A stretch of DNA of 64,000 bases from Acidobacteriota bacterium (GTDB taxonomy: Bacteria > Acidobacteriota > UBA6911 > RPQK01 > JAJDTT01): the NCBI GenBank assembly GCA_965209055.1, contig OZ242374.1, forward strand, positions 4,736,001 to 4,800,000, given 5' to 3'. The notes below the pieces were generated by a model. It saw nothing but the letters and a program-made list of their open reading frames with translations, did no database searches and was not told the origin of the DNA. Shown here piece by piece: positions 20,278 through 31,585 of the stretch (position 1 is the first letter of the stretch; each line of letters starts with the position of its first letter). Both the position numbers and the translations under genes were made by a program.

Positions 20278-22163
20278 GCCAATGTCATGGGGCGACCGAG
20301 ACCGCGTCCCCTTCTGAGATCAGGCCCGGCGCCCCCTCCCGATTGCGCACCGTGGCCGTCGTGGGCCCGCCCAATACCGGGAAGTCGACCCTGTTCAACC
20401 GGCTGACGGGACTTCGCCAGCGCGTGGCCAACTATCCCGGCGTCACGGTGGAGAAACGGATCGGGCGCGCGCGCCTCCCCGGCAAGATCGAGGTCCACCT
20501 GGTCGATCTTCCCGGTATCTACAGCCTGGAGCCCCGGTCGGAAGACGAACGGGTCGCCCGGGACGTTCTCACGGGCCGCATGCCCGGCGTCTCCAGTCCG
20601 GACGCCGTCATTCTGATCCTCGATTCCACCATCCTGGGGCGTCATCTCGGGTTCGCCGCTCCCATCCTCAGCCTGGGAATTCCGACCCTCGTGGTCCTGA
20701 ACATGGCCGATTCCCTTCGGCACCGAGGCGGACGCCTCGATCTGGACGCGGTGGCGCAACAGATCGGGGCCCCCGTCGCCCTGGTCAGCGCCCGGACCGG
20801 AGAGGGCACCGAGGCGATCCGGGAGTTCCTGGTAGGAGCCCTGGCCGTCCCCGCCCCCCTGGAACTGCCGGTGATTCAGGACGTTCGCCGCTGCCGGGAG
20901 TGGTCGGCCCAGGTCGGCGAAGCGGCGGAATACCGCCCCCCGGCTCCCCCGTTGTGGACCCGGCGTTTCGACGCCGTCCTGCTCCATCCGGTGGCGGGCC
21001 TTCTCATCTTCGCCGCGGTGGTGGTCGCCGTCTTCCAGACGGTCTTCACCTTTGCCGTCCCCCTCATGGATGCCACCAACGCCATGGTTTCCACTTCCGG
21101 AGATTGGGTCCGCGCCCTGCTGCCCGACTCTTGGTTCCGCAGCCTGCTCATCGAGGGGGTCTGGGGCGGCGTGGGATCGGTGGTGATCTTCCTGCCCCAG
21201 ATCCTGCTGCTGTTCCTCTTCATCGGCGTGCTGGAGGACTCGGGCTACATGGCCCGGGCGGCGCTCATCGCCGACCGGACCATGGCCCGGGTGGGCCTGC
21301 AGGGGAAGTCCTTCATTCCGCTGCTTTCCGCCTACGCCTGTGCGGTTCCGGCCATCCTGGCCGCCCGCACCATCGAGAGCAGGCGGGACCGGATCGCCAC
21401 CATCATGATCGCGCCCTTCATGACCTGCTCGGCCCGATTGCCGATCTACACGCTGGTGATCGCCGCCTTCATCCCGGAACGCCCCGTCCTGGGCGGATTC
21501 CTGGGCACCCGGGCGGCGACCATGCTGGGCCTGTACCTGCTCGGATTCCTGGCGGCCATCTTGACGGCGTGGGCCCTCAAGTCGTCGGTGCTTCGCGGCG
21601 CGGGCGCCCCCTTCTCCCTGGAGATGCCTCCCTACCGCTTGCCCGGCCTCCAGTCGCTGGCCTTGCGCCTCGTGGACCGCACCAAGATCTTCCTGCGGCG
21701 AGCGGGGACCATCATTCTCTGCACGACCGTCGTCCTTTGGTTCCTGGCCAGCCTCCCGCTCCGGAACGGCGAAGCGCCCCCGATTGCGGAAAGCGTCATC
21801 GGCACGGTGGGGCGGACCATCGAACCGGTCATCGAGCCCCTGGGTTTCGACTGGAAGATCGGCATCGGAATCATCACCTCCCTGGCGGCCCGCGAGGTGA
21901 TCGTGGGAACGCTGGGCACCATCTACGGGATGGAAGCGGACGAGGGCTCCCGGGACCTGCAGGAGGCTCTCCAGGGAGACCTGGATCTGGGCGGGGCGGT
22001 GGCGCTGTTGATCTTCTTCACCTTCGCCATGCAATGCATGTCCACGGTGGCGGTGGTGAGGAGGGAGACCGCGGGTTGGCGCTGGCCGGTGGCGCAGTTC
22101 GCCTACATGACGCTGCTGGCCTACGTCGCGGCTTACCTGGCCAAACAGATCATCGGGCCGTGA
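20274..22163 (+). CDS. feoB: Ferrous iron transport protein B
   Basis: GPPNTGKSTLFN, NYPGVTVE, DLPGIY, LEDSGYMAR, CSARLPIY, EMPPYR. Confidence 0.95.
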   Translation: MSQCHGATETASPSEIRPGAPSRLRTVAVVGPPNTGKSTLFNRLTGLRQRVANYPGVTVEKRIGRARLPGKIEVHLVDLPGIYSLEPRSEDERVARDVLTGRMPGVSSPDAVILILDSTILGRHLGFAAPILSLGIPTLVVLNMADSLRHRGGRLDLDAVAQQIGAPVALVSARTGEGTEAIREFLVGALAVPAPLELPVIQDVRRCREWSAQVGEAAEYRPPAPPLWTRRFDAVLLHPVAGLLIFAAVVVAVFQTVFTFAVPLMDATNAMVSTSGDWVRALLPDSWFRSLLIEGVWGGVGSVVIFLPQILLLFLFIGVLEDSGYMARAALIADRTMARVGLQGKSFIPLLSAYACAVPAILAARTIESRRDRIATIMIAPFMTCSARLPIYTLVIAAFIPERPVLGGFLGTRAATMLGLYLLGFLAAILTAWALKSSVLRGAGAPFSLEMPPYRLPGLQSLALRLVDRTKIFLRRAGTIILCTTVVLWFLASLPLRNGEAPPIAESVIGTVGRTIEPVIEPLGFDWKIGIGIITSLAAREVIVGTLGTIYGMEADEGSRDLQEALQGDLDLGGAVALLIFFTFAMQCMSTVAVVRRETAGWRWPVAQFAYMTLLAYVAAYLAKQIIGP

Positions 22164-22182
22164 CCCCCCGGAAACGGGACCC

Positions 22183-23574
22183 TCATCCGATGGCGTCCTG
22201 AATCCCCCTCAGCGCCGCGTTGAAGGCGGGGACACTGACGCTCAGAACGTCGTACTCGGTGAGACGGGCCACCACCAGGTCCCGGGAGGGGATCACCAGC
22301 GTGTTCTGGCCGCCGGCTCCGGCGGCATAGAAGGCATCGGCGGGGGCGTCAAAGTTGCCGGTGGTGTTGAGCCACCACATGGCGCCGTAGCGCGACTCGC
22401 TCGGTTCCCCCTCCTCGTTGAACCACGCCGGAGCCGGCGTGCGGACGAACTCCACGAACTCTTCGGGCAGGAGCCGCTTTCCCTGCCAGACTCCCCCTTG
22501 CAGGTAAAGGAGTCCAATGCGGGCCCAGTCCCGGACCGTCCCGTACTCGTAGCCGGAGAGGATGAAGTTGCCGTAGGGGTCGGTGTCCAGCACCATCCTG
22601 CGGATTCCGATCCGGTCGAAGAGGGCGCGTTGCGGGAAGGTAAGGTATTCCTCACCCCGGGCCTCCACCGCGCGGCGGACCAGGTATCCGAGCGTCAGGG
22701 GGTCGCAGTTGCGGTAGCGGCCCACGGTTCCTGGAGGAAAACGCAGCCGGCGCGAGACGGCGTACCGGAAGACGTCCAGGGCGCAGGGGTAGACATAGTA
22801 GTGGTCCGGATAGGCGCTGGAGATCCGGTAGGTCCCCTGCGGTGTCTGCTCCATCACTTCGTAGAGCGTGAAGTCGAGGCCGCTGGACATGCGGAACAGG
22901 TCCTCCATGCGGATCTCGCGGCGCGGGTCGCCCGGCGCCTGCCATTCGGGCACCGGCGCCGGCCCCGTCATCTTCAGCCGCCCGTCCTGAATGAGACGGC
23001 CCGCCAACGTGCCGGTGAGGCTCTTGCCCATGGACCAGCTCTCCAGCAGCGTGTCCTTGCGGATCCCGGACGCGTAGCGCTCGGCGATGAGGCGGCCCTT
23101 GTAGACCACCGCCAGCGACGTGGTCCGCGCTGGCGGTTCGAAGGCGAGTTCGACCGCCGCTCGCAGCTTCTCCTCATCGACCTCGGGAGGGAGGGGTTGC
23201 TCCGGCAGGAGGTCTCCCATGGGCCAGGCTTGCGTATCGGCCGGGGGCAGAGCGGTCCGCACCGGAACGGGATCGTAGAAGATGCCGTCATGTTCCCGGG
23301 GATGAACGATGCACCCCTGATCGCCGTAGAATCCGGCGCTGCGCCGATAGCCACCCGGCAGGATGGCGTGAACCCGCTTCCGGTCGTAGTCGATGACGTC
23401 GTCGAGGTGCTCCAGGTCCGACTCGGGCAGCTTCAGCAGGTCCACCGCCACGTTTCGGCTGTGCTCTCGCGCCGCCTCTTCCCCGGTTCCGGTGACAAAT
23501 ACCGCCGAACAGAGCAGTTTCGCGTAACCGGCCAGACCGATGTCGCTGGGGTCCTGATCCTTTGCTTCGTGCAT
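22183..23574 (-). CDS. Serine hydrolase (class C beta-lactamase-like)
   Basis: SWSMGKS (SxxK), RMSSGL, YAAGAGGQ. Confidence 0.85.
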   Translation of the reverse strand: MHEAKDQDPSDIGLAGYAKLLCSAVFVTGTGEEAAREHSRNVAVDLLKLPESDLEHLDDVIDYDRKRVHAILPGGYRRSAGFYGDQGCIVHPREHDGIFYDPVPVRTALPPADTQAWPMGDLLPEQPLPPEVDEEKLRAAVELAFEPPARTTSLAVVYKGRLIAERYASGIRKDTLLESWSMGKSLTGTLAGRLIQDGRLKMTGPAPVPEWQAPGDPRREIRMEDLFRMSSGLDFTLYEVMEQTPQGTYRISSAYPDHYYVYPCALDVFRYAVSRRLRFPPGTVGRYRNCDPLTLGYLVRRAVEARGEEYLTFPQRALFDRIGIRRMVLDTDPYGNFILSGYEYGTVRDWARIGLLYLQGGVWQGKRLLPEEFVEFVRTPAPAWFNEEGEPSESRYGAMWWLNTTGNFDAPADAFYAAGAGGQNTLVIPSRDLVVARLTEYDVLSVSVPAFNAALRGIQDAIG

Positions 23575-23685
23575 GCGAATCAGTATACGGACCCGGTGCG
23601 CAAACCGCCCCGGCCCAGCGACCGAGTGCCGCGTGCCGGAGGGAGGGCGTCCGGCCGCAGGACGCGGCCGGACGCGTCATTCAGT

Positions 23686-23922
23686 TCACTTCAGGTCGGC
23701 GATGGAGGCGCCGAAATTGATGTGATACGGCTTGCCGTCCACGACGAACGCGGGGACCGACGCCACGCCGGCCGCTTCGGCCTCGGCGATGCGGCCGGGC
23801 GTTTCGCCCAGGTGAACGACTTCCACAGAGTAGTCCTGCGGGTTGAGGGCCTGCGCGAACCGGGTCTCGGCATCGACGCAGACGGGACAGCCGGCGTGGT
23901 AGAAGGTGGCCTGTTTTGACAT
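23686..23922 (-). CDS. Small thioredoxin/glutaredoxin-like protein
   Basis: FYHAGCPVC, SVPA; AAAGGAG RBS. Confidence 0.85.
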   Translation of the reverse strand: MSKQATFYHAGCPVCVDAETRFAQALNPQDYSVEVVHLGETPGRIAEAEAAGVASVPAFVVDGKPYHINFGASIADLK

Positions 23923-23961
23923 GGTCGAGTCTCCTTTCGTGTTGATGATTGGTTCTGTGAA

Positions 23962-24621
23962 TCAGCTATTTCCCTGCTCCAGCGGCTTCACCGCCAGGAA
24001 TTGCTGCCAACGTTGCGTCCTCACGGGCTCCTCGGCCTGGATGTGGTCGCCGCAGTCGAGGCGCAGCGACACGGTGCCGAACGGCGCGTCCACAAATTCG
24101 CAATGGTGCGGCCGGAACGCATCCGCATGAACGTAGGGCTGGAAGAAGCGGCAGGTGCAGCACATCCGCTGCGGTTCGATGGAGCCTGACTCCTGCAGGT
24201 GCAGAATGACCTTGCTGAGAACGCGATGCAGAACGGTGCTCTCCGTAGGATCGAGTCCGGCCAGGGCCGCCAGCAATGTTTCGGGAAATTCGGATTGCTG
24301 CGACATGACCCGGACACCGGCGGCCGTCAGCGAGATTCTCGTGGCCCGGCCGTCATCCGGATCGGCGCTCTTTTTTACGAGGCCCTTGCGTTGGAGTGTG
24401 GAGATGGCGCGGCTTGCCGTCGCCTCGGTGATTCCGACGAGTTTGGCCAACGCCATGACTCGGTTGGGACCCCGACGTCTGAGGAATCCCAGGATGCTGA
24501 TCTGGGTGGATGTCAGGCCCGAATTTGCCGCGTTTCTCCATTGTTTCGATCTCAGGTAGAGACCCACCTGGAAGAACCCCGCGGCCACCTGCTCGACGTC
24601 ACCTGTGTCTTGCATGAGCAA
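23962..24621 (-). CDS. MarR family regulator with Cys/His-rich C-terminal domain
   Basis: GLTSTQISIL...DPDDGRA winged helix; RMCCTCRFF...HHC...LDCGDH. Confidence 0.85.
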   Translation of the reverse strand: MLMQDTGDVEQVAAGFFQVGLYLRSKQWRNAANSGLTSTQISILGFLRRRGPNRVMALAKLVGITEATASRAISTLQRKGLVKKSADPDDGRATRISLTAAGVRVMSQQSEFPETLLAALAGLDPTESTVLHRVLSKVILHLQESGSIEPQRMCCTCRFFQPYVHADAFRPHHCEFVDAPFGTVSLRLDCGDHIQAEEPVRTQRWQQFLAVKPLEQGNS

Positions 24622-24719
24622 ATATATAGCAGAGCTAAATATATTTGTCTAGCCATGCTAAGTATTTTTGTTTTCCATGCCCCGGAGCCGAACAGTTGCC
24701 TCGTGGCGTAGAATGAGGC

Positions 24720-25469
24720 ATGTCTCGCGTGCGATTTGCAAAGTTCCTGCTCGCCTTGGGCGTCTTCCTCAACTCCACCCATACCGCCATGAGCCAGGGA
24801 GCCGAAGAGTTGCTGAACCGCGCCGTGCAGGCTTCGGAACAGGGCCGGAGCTCCGAGTCCGTGGATCTGGCCTCGGATGCCCTGGTCCGGAACCCCGAGT
24901 TGGCCTATGCGTATTACCTGCGGGGCCGGGAGCACTTTCGACTGGGCAAGATCACTGAATCCGTGGCGGACCTGGAGCAGTACGTCCGGCTGCGTCCCGA
25001 CATGGAGCCTCGGCAATGGGAGCTGGGTCTTTCCTATTACTACGCCGGCCAGTTCGAAAAAGGAGCGCGGCAGTTCGAGCTGTACCAGACCTACCACGAC
25101 AACGATGTGGAAAACTCGGTCTGGCGCTACCTGTGCATCGCCCGAACCGACGGAACGGAGAAGGCACGGTCGACCCTGATGCCGATTCGCAACGACCCCC
25201 GGATTCCCATGATGGCCGTCTACGACATGTTCCGGGGAGAAGGGTCGCCCCGGAAGGTCCTGGAAACCGCCCGCGCCGGCCGGCCCGGACCGGCCCGATT
25301 GGACGGGCGCCTCTTCTACGCCCACCTCTACATCGGACTCTTCCTGCTCGCCCAAGGAGACGAGGAGGGTGGAAAAACCCACATCCTGGCGGCAGAAACG
25401 AAAAGGGTCCGCCACTACATGTGGGACGTGGCCCGCTACCAGGCGAGCCTCCTCGGCCGGCCGGATTAA
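24720..25469 (+). CDS. Exported TPR protein (NlpI-like)
   Basis: Signal peptide, TPR helices (AYAYYLRGRE), NDVENSVW, FYAHLYIGL. Confidence 0.8.
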   Translation: MSRVRFAKFLLALGVFLNSTHTAMSQGAEELLNRAVQASEQGRSSESVDLASDALVRNPELAYAYYLRGREHFRLGKITESVADLEQYVRLRPDMEPRQWELGLSYYYAGQFEKGARQFELYQTYHDNDVENSVWRYLCIARTDGTEKARSTLMPIRNDPRIPMMAVYDMFRGEGSPRKVLETARAGRPGPARLDGRLFYAHLYIGLFLLAQGDEEGGKTHILAAETKRVRHYMWDVARYQASLLGRPD

Positions 25470-25509
25470 GCAACTGCAGCCCTTGGGGATTTGAGAGTCG
25501 ACCGGAGGG

Positions 25510-26730
25510 TCAGTCCCCTCGGTCCTTCCCTCGGGTCAGCCAGTCGAGGCTGAATCGGGCCAGGGTGATGGTTTCGTAGGCCGACTCGTCCCCCCGTTCG
25601 TACAGGCAGGCGACGGTGCCGTCCGGCAGAACCGCCAAGCTCGAGTAGGCGGATGGCCCTGGGTGCAGGAGGCGCGATACCGGCCACGATTCCCCCTCGT
25701 CGTAGCTGAGGCGAACGGTCATCCGGACGCGCTCGGTGGCGGCGGGATTGGAAAAGAGGAGGCGGCTGCGGCCTCCTGTGTCGGGCCAACCGTAGCGCAG
25801 CAGGCTGGCTTGGCAGACCGGCTCGGTCAACTGGGGATCGTCCTGCGGCTCCGACCACGTCATGCCGCCGTCGCTGCTCCAGGAACGGCCCCGGAGGTTC
25901 CTGCCGAAGTAGGACCGGAAGTTCAGGAGAACCCGGCCGTCAGTCAACTCGGCGACCTGGCACTCGTTGGCGTGAGGCTGGATGTTCCCTCCCAGATGCC
26001 AGCTCTTGCCGTGGTCGTCGCTGTAGATGACGTGGGAGCCGAATGCGGGCGGGGGCTCCCCGTATGAGGGAACCCCATCCTCCGGACTCGGGGCCGGGTA
26101 GGAATAGTCGCACGGGATCACCAGCCGGCCCTTGTCGGGTCCGTGTCGAAGCTGGATTCCGACGCCGGGACCGGTGGCATACCAGTCCCAGTCCGGTTTC
26201 TTGGTGGTGGCCGTGATCTCCCGAGGCGGCGCCCAGGTCTGCCCATCGTCCCCGCTGGAGGTGACCCACACGGTCCGCGTCCCCCGGGCGCCGGGCTGCA
26301 GGATCTCCCTCAGACCCTCGTCCCCCGGATTGTGGGTCAGCAAGAGCCAGATCGTCCCGGTCTCCTGGTCCACCACCGGGCAGGGATTGCCGCAGGTGTT
26401 GCCGCCGTCGTCCCAGACCACCTGCTGACGGCTCCAGGTCTCCCCTCCGTCGGTGGAACGCCGGAGCAGGAGGTCGATGTCTCCATGATCGCTACGGCTG
26501 TCCTTGCGCCCTTCGCAGAAGGCCAGGAGAGTTCCCTTCCCCGTGGTCAGGAGCGCCGGGATCCGGTACGTGTGATATCCATCCCGGCCGCTCATGAAAA
26601 GCGGTTTCTGATCCGGCGCGGCGGGCGTGGGGGGTTCCGAGCACGCTCCCCCCAGCAGCAGGACTGCGATCCCCATGACGTGGATCATCGGAGCCGGGCG
26701 GCTCAAAGGATTGGAACACCAGCTTTGCAT
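25510..26730 (-). CDS. Sialidase family (GH33/BNR repeat) lipoprotein
   Basis: LGGAC lipobox, YRIP motif, Asp boxes [32 protein letters not shown]. Confidence 0.9.
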   Translation of the reverse strand: MQSWCSNPLSRPAPMIHVMGIAVLLLGGACSEPPTPAAPDQKPLFMSGRDGYHTYRIPALLTTGKGTLLAFCEGRKDSRSDHGDIDLLLRRSTDGGETWSRQQVVWDDGGNTCGNPCPVVDQETGTIWLLLTHNPGDEGLREILQPGARGTRTVWVTSSGDDGQTWAPPREITATTKKPDWDWYATGPGVGIQLRHGPDKGRLVIPCDYSYPAPSPEDGVPSYGEPPPAFGSHVIYSDDHGKSWHLGGNIQPHANECQVAELTDGRVLLNFRSYFGRNLRGRSWSSDGGMTWSEPQDDPQLTEPVCQASLLRYGWPDTGGRSRLLFSNPAATERVRMTVRLSYDEGESWPVSRLLHPGPSAYSSLAVLPDGTVACLYERGDESAYETITLARFSLDWLTRGKDRGD

Positions 26731-26924
26731 GACCGGACCCTCCTGAGACTCCCCTGGAACGGATCGAAATTCCTTGCGGTGGCGTCGAGAATACGTCGCT
26801 GAAAGGCGGTGCCGCAAGCGTGTCCGAACCGTTGCGGCAGTTGGGAGTCTCCCCAGTTTTGGAGCAGCCGGCTGGTGGGGCGTTTGGGAATGTTCGGAAC
26901 CCTGTAGTAGTCTTGGCGGTCAAT

Positions 26925-28031
26925 ATGAAACCGACAAGAATCCTCCTCACCATCTTCTTCCTGGGTACGGCCGCGGCGGAGAAAGGGGACCAGGCGCCCA
27001 AACCGCAATACGAATGGGAGCAGATTTCGATCCCAGCCGCGTCGGCCCTGGAACCGATTCTTGAACAGTTTTCGCCCAAGAGAGCCGTCACCTACATGGA
27101 GGACGGCGCGCTGGCCTGGACCCGGAAGCGGGAGTGCATCGCGTGCCACACCAACGGCACCTATTTCGTGACGCGTCCCGCCTTGACGGGAACCCTGGGC
27201 CGTCCTCCCGCGGAACTGAGGGAGTTCGTCATCGATGAGCTCGACGAGTTGCGGGCCATGGAGCCCGAAAAACTTCGTTCCAGCGTCCGGCCGACCCAGG
27301 TCGCCTATGCGGCCCAGGGGCTGGCCGAATGGGATTCCCACGTCACTGAGGAGCTCTCCCGGGAAACCCGGGAAGCCCTGGACCTGATGCTCCAACTCCA
27401 GGATCCGGAGGGCGCTTGGAGCAACGTCGACACCTGGCCGCCGTTCGAGTCCAGCCGGTATCAGTCCGCCACCGTGGGCGCCATGGCCATGGCGGCGGCT
27501 CCCGGATGGCTGGCCTCCAACGGAGACCAGGAAGCGGTGCGAAAGACCCGGGAATACCTGAGGACCCGGGCGCCCCACGATTACGGCCGGCTCCTCCTGC
27601 TCTGGGTTTCCACCCGCTGGCCCGGTTTGCTGGAAGAAGAGAAGCAGCAGGAACTGGTGGAGATGATCTGGCGGCATCAACGGGCAGACGGGGGCTGGTC
27701 GATCCGCACTTTCGCCACTCCCGAGACCTGGGGCCGGGGAAACCGCGCCGAGAAGCTCCGGGCTGAAGAGGATTTCGAGAATCCGGCCAGCGACGGCCAC
27801 CAGACCGGACTCTGCGTCCTGGTCTTGAGACTGGCCGGGGTCCCGGCAGACGATCCCCGAATTCAACGAGCCCTCGACTGGCTGCTTTCCAACCAGCGGG
27901 AGTCGGGCCGCTGGTGGACGCGGTCCCTCAACACCGACAAGTTCCATTTCATCACCTACAGCGGCACCTGCTACCCGTTGTTGGCGCTGGATAGTTGCGG
28001 CCGTTTGGCGGTCGACCGGTCAACTCCGTGA
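26925..28031 (+). CDS. Exported prenyltransferase/squalene cyclase-fold protein with CxxCH
   Basis: QW-type repeats QDPEGAW, QRADGGW, QRESGRW; ECIACHTN. Confidence 0.75.
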   Translation: MKPTRILLTIFFLGTAAAEKGDQAPKPQYEWEQISIPAASALEPILEQFSPKRAVTYMEDGALAWTRKRECIACHTNGTYFVTRPALTGTLGRPPAELREFVIDELDELRAMEPEKLRSSVRPTQVAYAAQGLAEWDSHVTEELSRETREALDLMLQLQDPEGAWSNVDTWPPFESSRYQSATVGAMAMAAAPGWLASNGDQEAVRKTREYLRTRAPHDYGRLLLLWVSTRWPGLLEEEKQQELVEMIWRHQRADGGWSIRTFATPETWGRGNRAEKLRAEEDFENPASDGHQTGLCVLVLRLAGVPADDPRIQRALDWLLSNQRESGRWWTRSLNTDKFHFITYSGTCYPLLALDSCGRLAVDRSTP

Positions 28032-28097
28032 CCCGCGCCGGCGTTCCCAGGATGAGAATCCCTCGATCCGCCTGTTCAAACCGTCCAGGGTTGCGTC

Positions 28098-29776
28098 GTG
28101 GGTGACTCCAAATGGACGCGCCGGCAGGCGCTGACCTCCCTCTCGGGAGGCGGACTGGCCCTGGCTTCCTGCCGGGACGAATCCCCCGTGGATACGGAGA
28201 TGAGAATCACGGCGGAGATCCTGCAAGCGGCTCAACAGGTGGTCGGGTTGGACTTCACGCTCCCGGAACGGGAGCAGATGCTGAAACGGGTCAATCAGAG
28301 CCTGGAGTTCTTCGGGAATCTCCGGGAGTTCCCGCTGGACAACTCGGTGCCTCCCGCTATTCAGTTCGATCCCATTCCCCGCGGCAACGTGCCGTATCCG
28401 CCCGCCGCGCAACCGGCCACCGCGAGAACTCCGGTCCCCGACGTGCCCGGCCGCCTGGAGGATCTGGCCTACTGGCCCCTTTCCCGATTGGCCCCGGCGG
28501 TGAAGGCCCGGAAGGTGAGCTCGGTGGATCTGACCCGCCTCTACCTGGAGCGTCTCAAGAAATATGACGAAAAGCTGGAATGCGTCCTCTCCTACACTGA
28601 GGAGCTGGCTCTGGAGCAGGCGCGGCGCGCCGACCGGGAACTGGCCAGCGGGCGCTACCGGGGGCCGCTCCACGGAATTCCCTGGGGAGCCAAGGACCTG
28701 TTGGCGGTCCGGGGATATCGAACCACCTGGGGAGCCACCTCCCATCGCGACCAGACCCTGGACCTGGACGCCACGGTGGTCCGCATGCTGGAGGAGGCCG
28801 GCGCGGTGCTCATCGCCAAGCTCAGCCTGGGAGCCCTGGCCGGGGTCGACGTCTGGTACGGCGGGCAGACCCGCAACCCGTGGAAGCTGGACGAGGGCTC
28901 CAAGGGGTCGTCGGCCGGTTCGGCCGCGGCGACGGCCACCGGCCTGGTGGGATTCTCCATCGGGTCCGAGACCATGGGATCCATCGTCTACCCTTCGGCC
29001 ACCTGCGGCGTCACCGGCCTGAGGCCGACCTTCGGACGGGTCAGCGTCACGGCGCCATGACGTTGAGTTGGAGCCTGGACAAGCTGGGACCCATCTGCAG
29101 AAGCGCCGAGGACTGCGCCCTGGTGTTCGCCGCCATCCACGGACTCGATCCCGACGACCGGACCACGCGCGACCGTCCCTTCGTCTGGCCTGTCGGAGAC
29201 CAGATGGAGGGCCTCCGGGTGGGCTACGCGGAAAAGCTTTTCCAGGAACAGGAGGACGAGGCCGCCAAGGAGAACGATGCGCGGAGCCTGGAGGACTTCC
29301 GATCCTTAGGGGTCGATCTGGTCCCGGTCGAGCTGCCGCAGCGGCCCCTTGCGCCGGAACTCATCCTCTACACCGAGGCGGCAGCCGCCTTCGACGAGTT
29401 CACCCGCAATAACCAGGACGACCTGTTGCAGGAACAGGAGGAGAACAACTGGCCCAACATGTTCCGTCAGGCCCGGTTCGTGCCGGCCGTGGAGTATATC
29501 CAGGCCAATCGGCTGCGGTCATTGTTGATGGAGGACATGGCCCAGCTCATGTCTGGAATCGACGCCTATCTGGCTCCCAGTTTCAGCTATAACGTGAGAC
29601 TCATCAACCTGACGGGACTCCCCTGCCTCGCGCTGCCCAATGGTTTCGATCCCGAAGGCCGTCCCACCAGCATCTCCCTCACCGGGCGTCTCTTCGACGA
29701 GTCCCGGATCCTGGCTCTGGGCCGCGCCTACCAGCAGGTCACCGATCATCATGCCCGGCAGCCGCCCGGGTTCTAA
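28098..29776 (+). pseudogene. Amidase signature family enzyme with single frameshift near 29045
   Basis: GAKDL, GSSAGS, GSETMGSI in the first ORF; HGAMTLSWSLDKLGP continues in the second; one missing base breaks GRVSRHG. Confidence 0.85.
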
Positions 29777-29821
29777 ATTGAGGGTCCGAGCCGCTTCGAC
29801 GGCATCTGAGGAATATGAGCC

Positions 29822-30811
29822 ATGCCCAATCAAGCCCACGAGAAACTCAAAAAAATCGCAGACAGGATGAAATCTGAACGGGATAGCGGGGCCATGCCTG
29901 TTGCGGAATTCACGACGGTCCGTGAGCTTCTGGGTTGGTTCAACTATTCGCGCCGAAGCGACAGGCTCATCAGGCGGATCAGGACCAAATTCGCGGAACT
30001 CGATCTCCGCACGGTCCCCGATTTCGAGCGAGAGCACATCGACGGCGATATCGCGATCGAACTGGACATGGAGGCGACGGGTGTCGGGAACGAGCCGGCC
30101 GATCCGACCGTGCGTATCCGCGTACTTCCGACGGCCCGCTGCAAACTAACGAGCGTGCAGCCGAACAACCCGCTCGCCAAAGCGACGACACTCATGTTGA
30201 TCGAGGATTTCTCACAACTGCCGGTGATGACAAACGAACGCGACGTGAAGGGCGTGGTCAGTTGGCGGTCGATCGGAACAGCCTACACGCTCGGATGCAA
30301 GAGCGACGAGGTCCGCGACTGGATGGAATCCCCTCGGGAAATAGGCATCAATGCTCCCTTGTTCAATGCGATCAAGGACATCTGGGAACATGGATACGTT
30401 CTCGTTCGAGACATCGACCGGACAATCTCAGGAATAGTAACGGCAAGTGATTTCGCCATACAGTTCGCGCAGCTTGCCCAACCGTTCCTGACCATTGGCG
30501 AAATCGAACTCCATCTGCGGAATCTCGTGAGTAAATTCACTCTCGAAGAGATGAGGAAGGAGTCCGATGATCCAAACAGACCGATCGAAGGCTCGTGGGA
30601 CCTCAACTTCGGCGCCTATTGCCGCCTGATTGAGAACCCGGATCGATGGGACAGGTTGGGATTGCAGGTCGATCGCGCCACCTTCATACACAACTTGGGC
30701 CAGATCCGGGAGTTGCGAAACGAGGTGATGCATTTCGCGCCTGACGGCCTGGACCCGGAGGAGGTCGACAAGCTGGAACGCGTTGCCATGTTCCTCCGCA
30801 TGTTGACCTGA
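29822..30811 (+). CDS. CBS-domain protein with C-terminal HEPN-like domain
   Basis: FSQLPVM...GVVSW and GIVTASD CBS pair; EIELHLR...IRELRNEVMHF. Confidence 0.8.
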   Translation: MPNQAHEKLKKIADRMKSERDSGAMPVAEFTTVRELLGWFNYSRRSDRLIRRIRTKFAELDLRTVPDFEREHIDGDIAIELDMEATGVGNEPADPTVRIRVLPTARCKLTSVQPNNPLAKATTLMLIEDFSQLPVMTNERDVKGVVSWRSIGTAYTLGCKSDEVRDWMESPREIGINAPLFNAIKDIWEHGYVLVRDIDRTISGIVTASDFAIQFAQLAQPFLTIGEIELHLRNLVSKFTLEEMRKESDDPNRPIEGSWDLNFGAYCRLIENPDRWDRLGLQVDRATFIHNLGQIRELRNEVMHFAPDGLDPEEVDKLERVAMFLRMLT

Positions 30812-30861
30812 AGTTGCGATGCGGCTGTTTTGGGATTTCGAGTGAAACGTTGAAGAAGAAT

Positions 30862-30883
30862 GGGGGACAGGAATGTCCCCCCT
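30862..30883. repeat. REP-like palindrome
   Basis: GGGGGACAGGAATGTCCCCC in a convergent intergenic gap. Confidence 0.55.
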
Positions 30884-30892
30884 CCAAACGGC

Positions 30893-31581
<689 letters not shown>

Positions 31582-31585
<4 letters not shown>

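Noticed and set aside
18549-22034. Very long antisense ORFs (e.g. 1161 aa here, 709 aa at 49795-51924, 610 aa at 44177-46009)
   Set aside because: Shadows of real genes on the opposite strand, expected in high-GC DNA; no motifs
26765-26900. Hairpin-rich divergent intergenic region as a riboswitch
   Set aside because: Stems are present but no recognisable aptamer consensus
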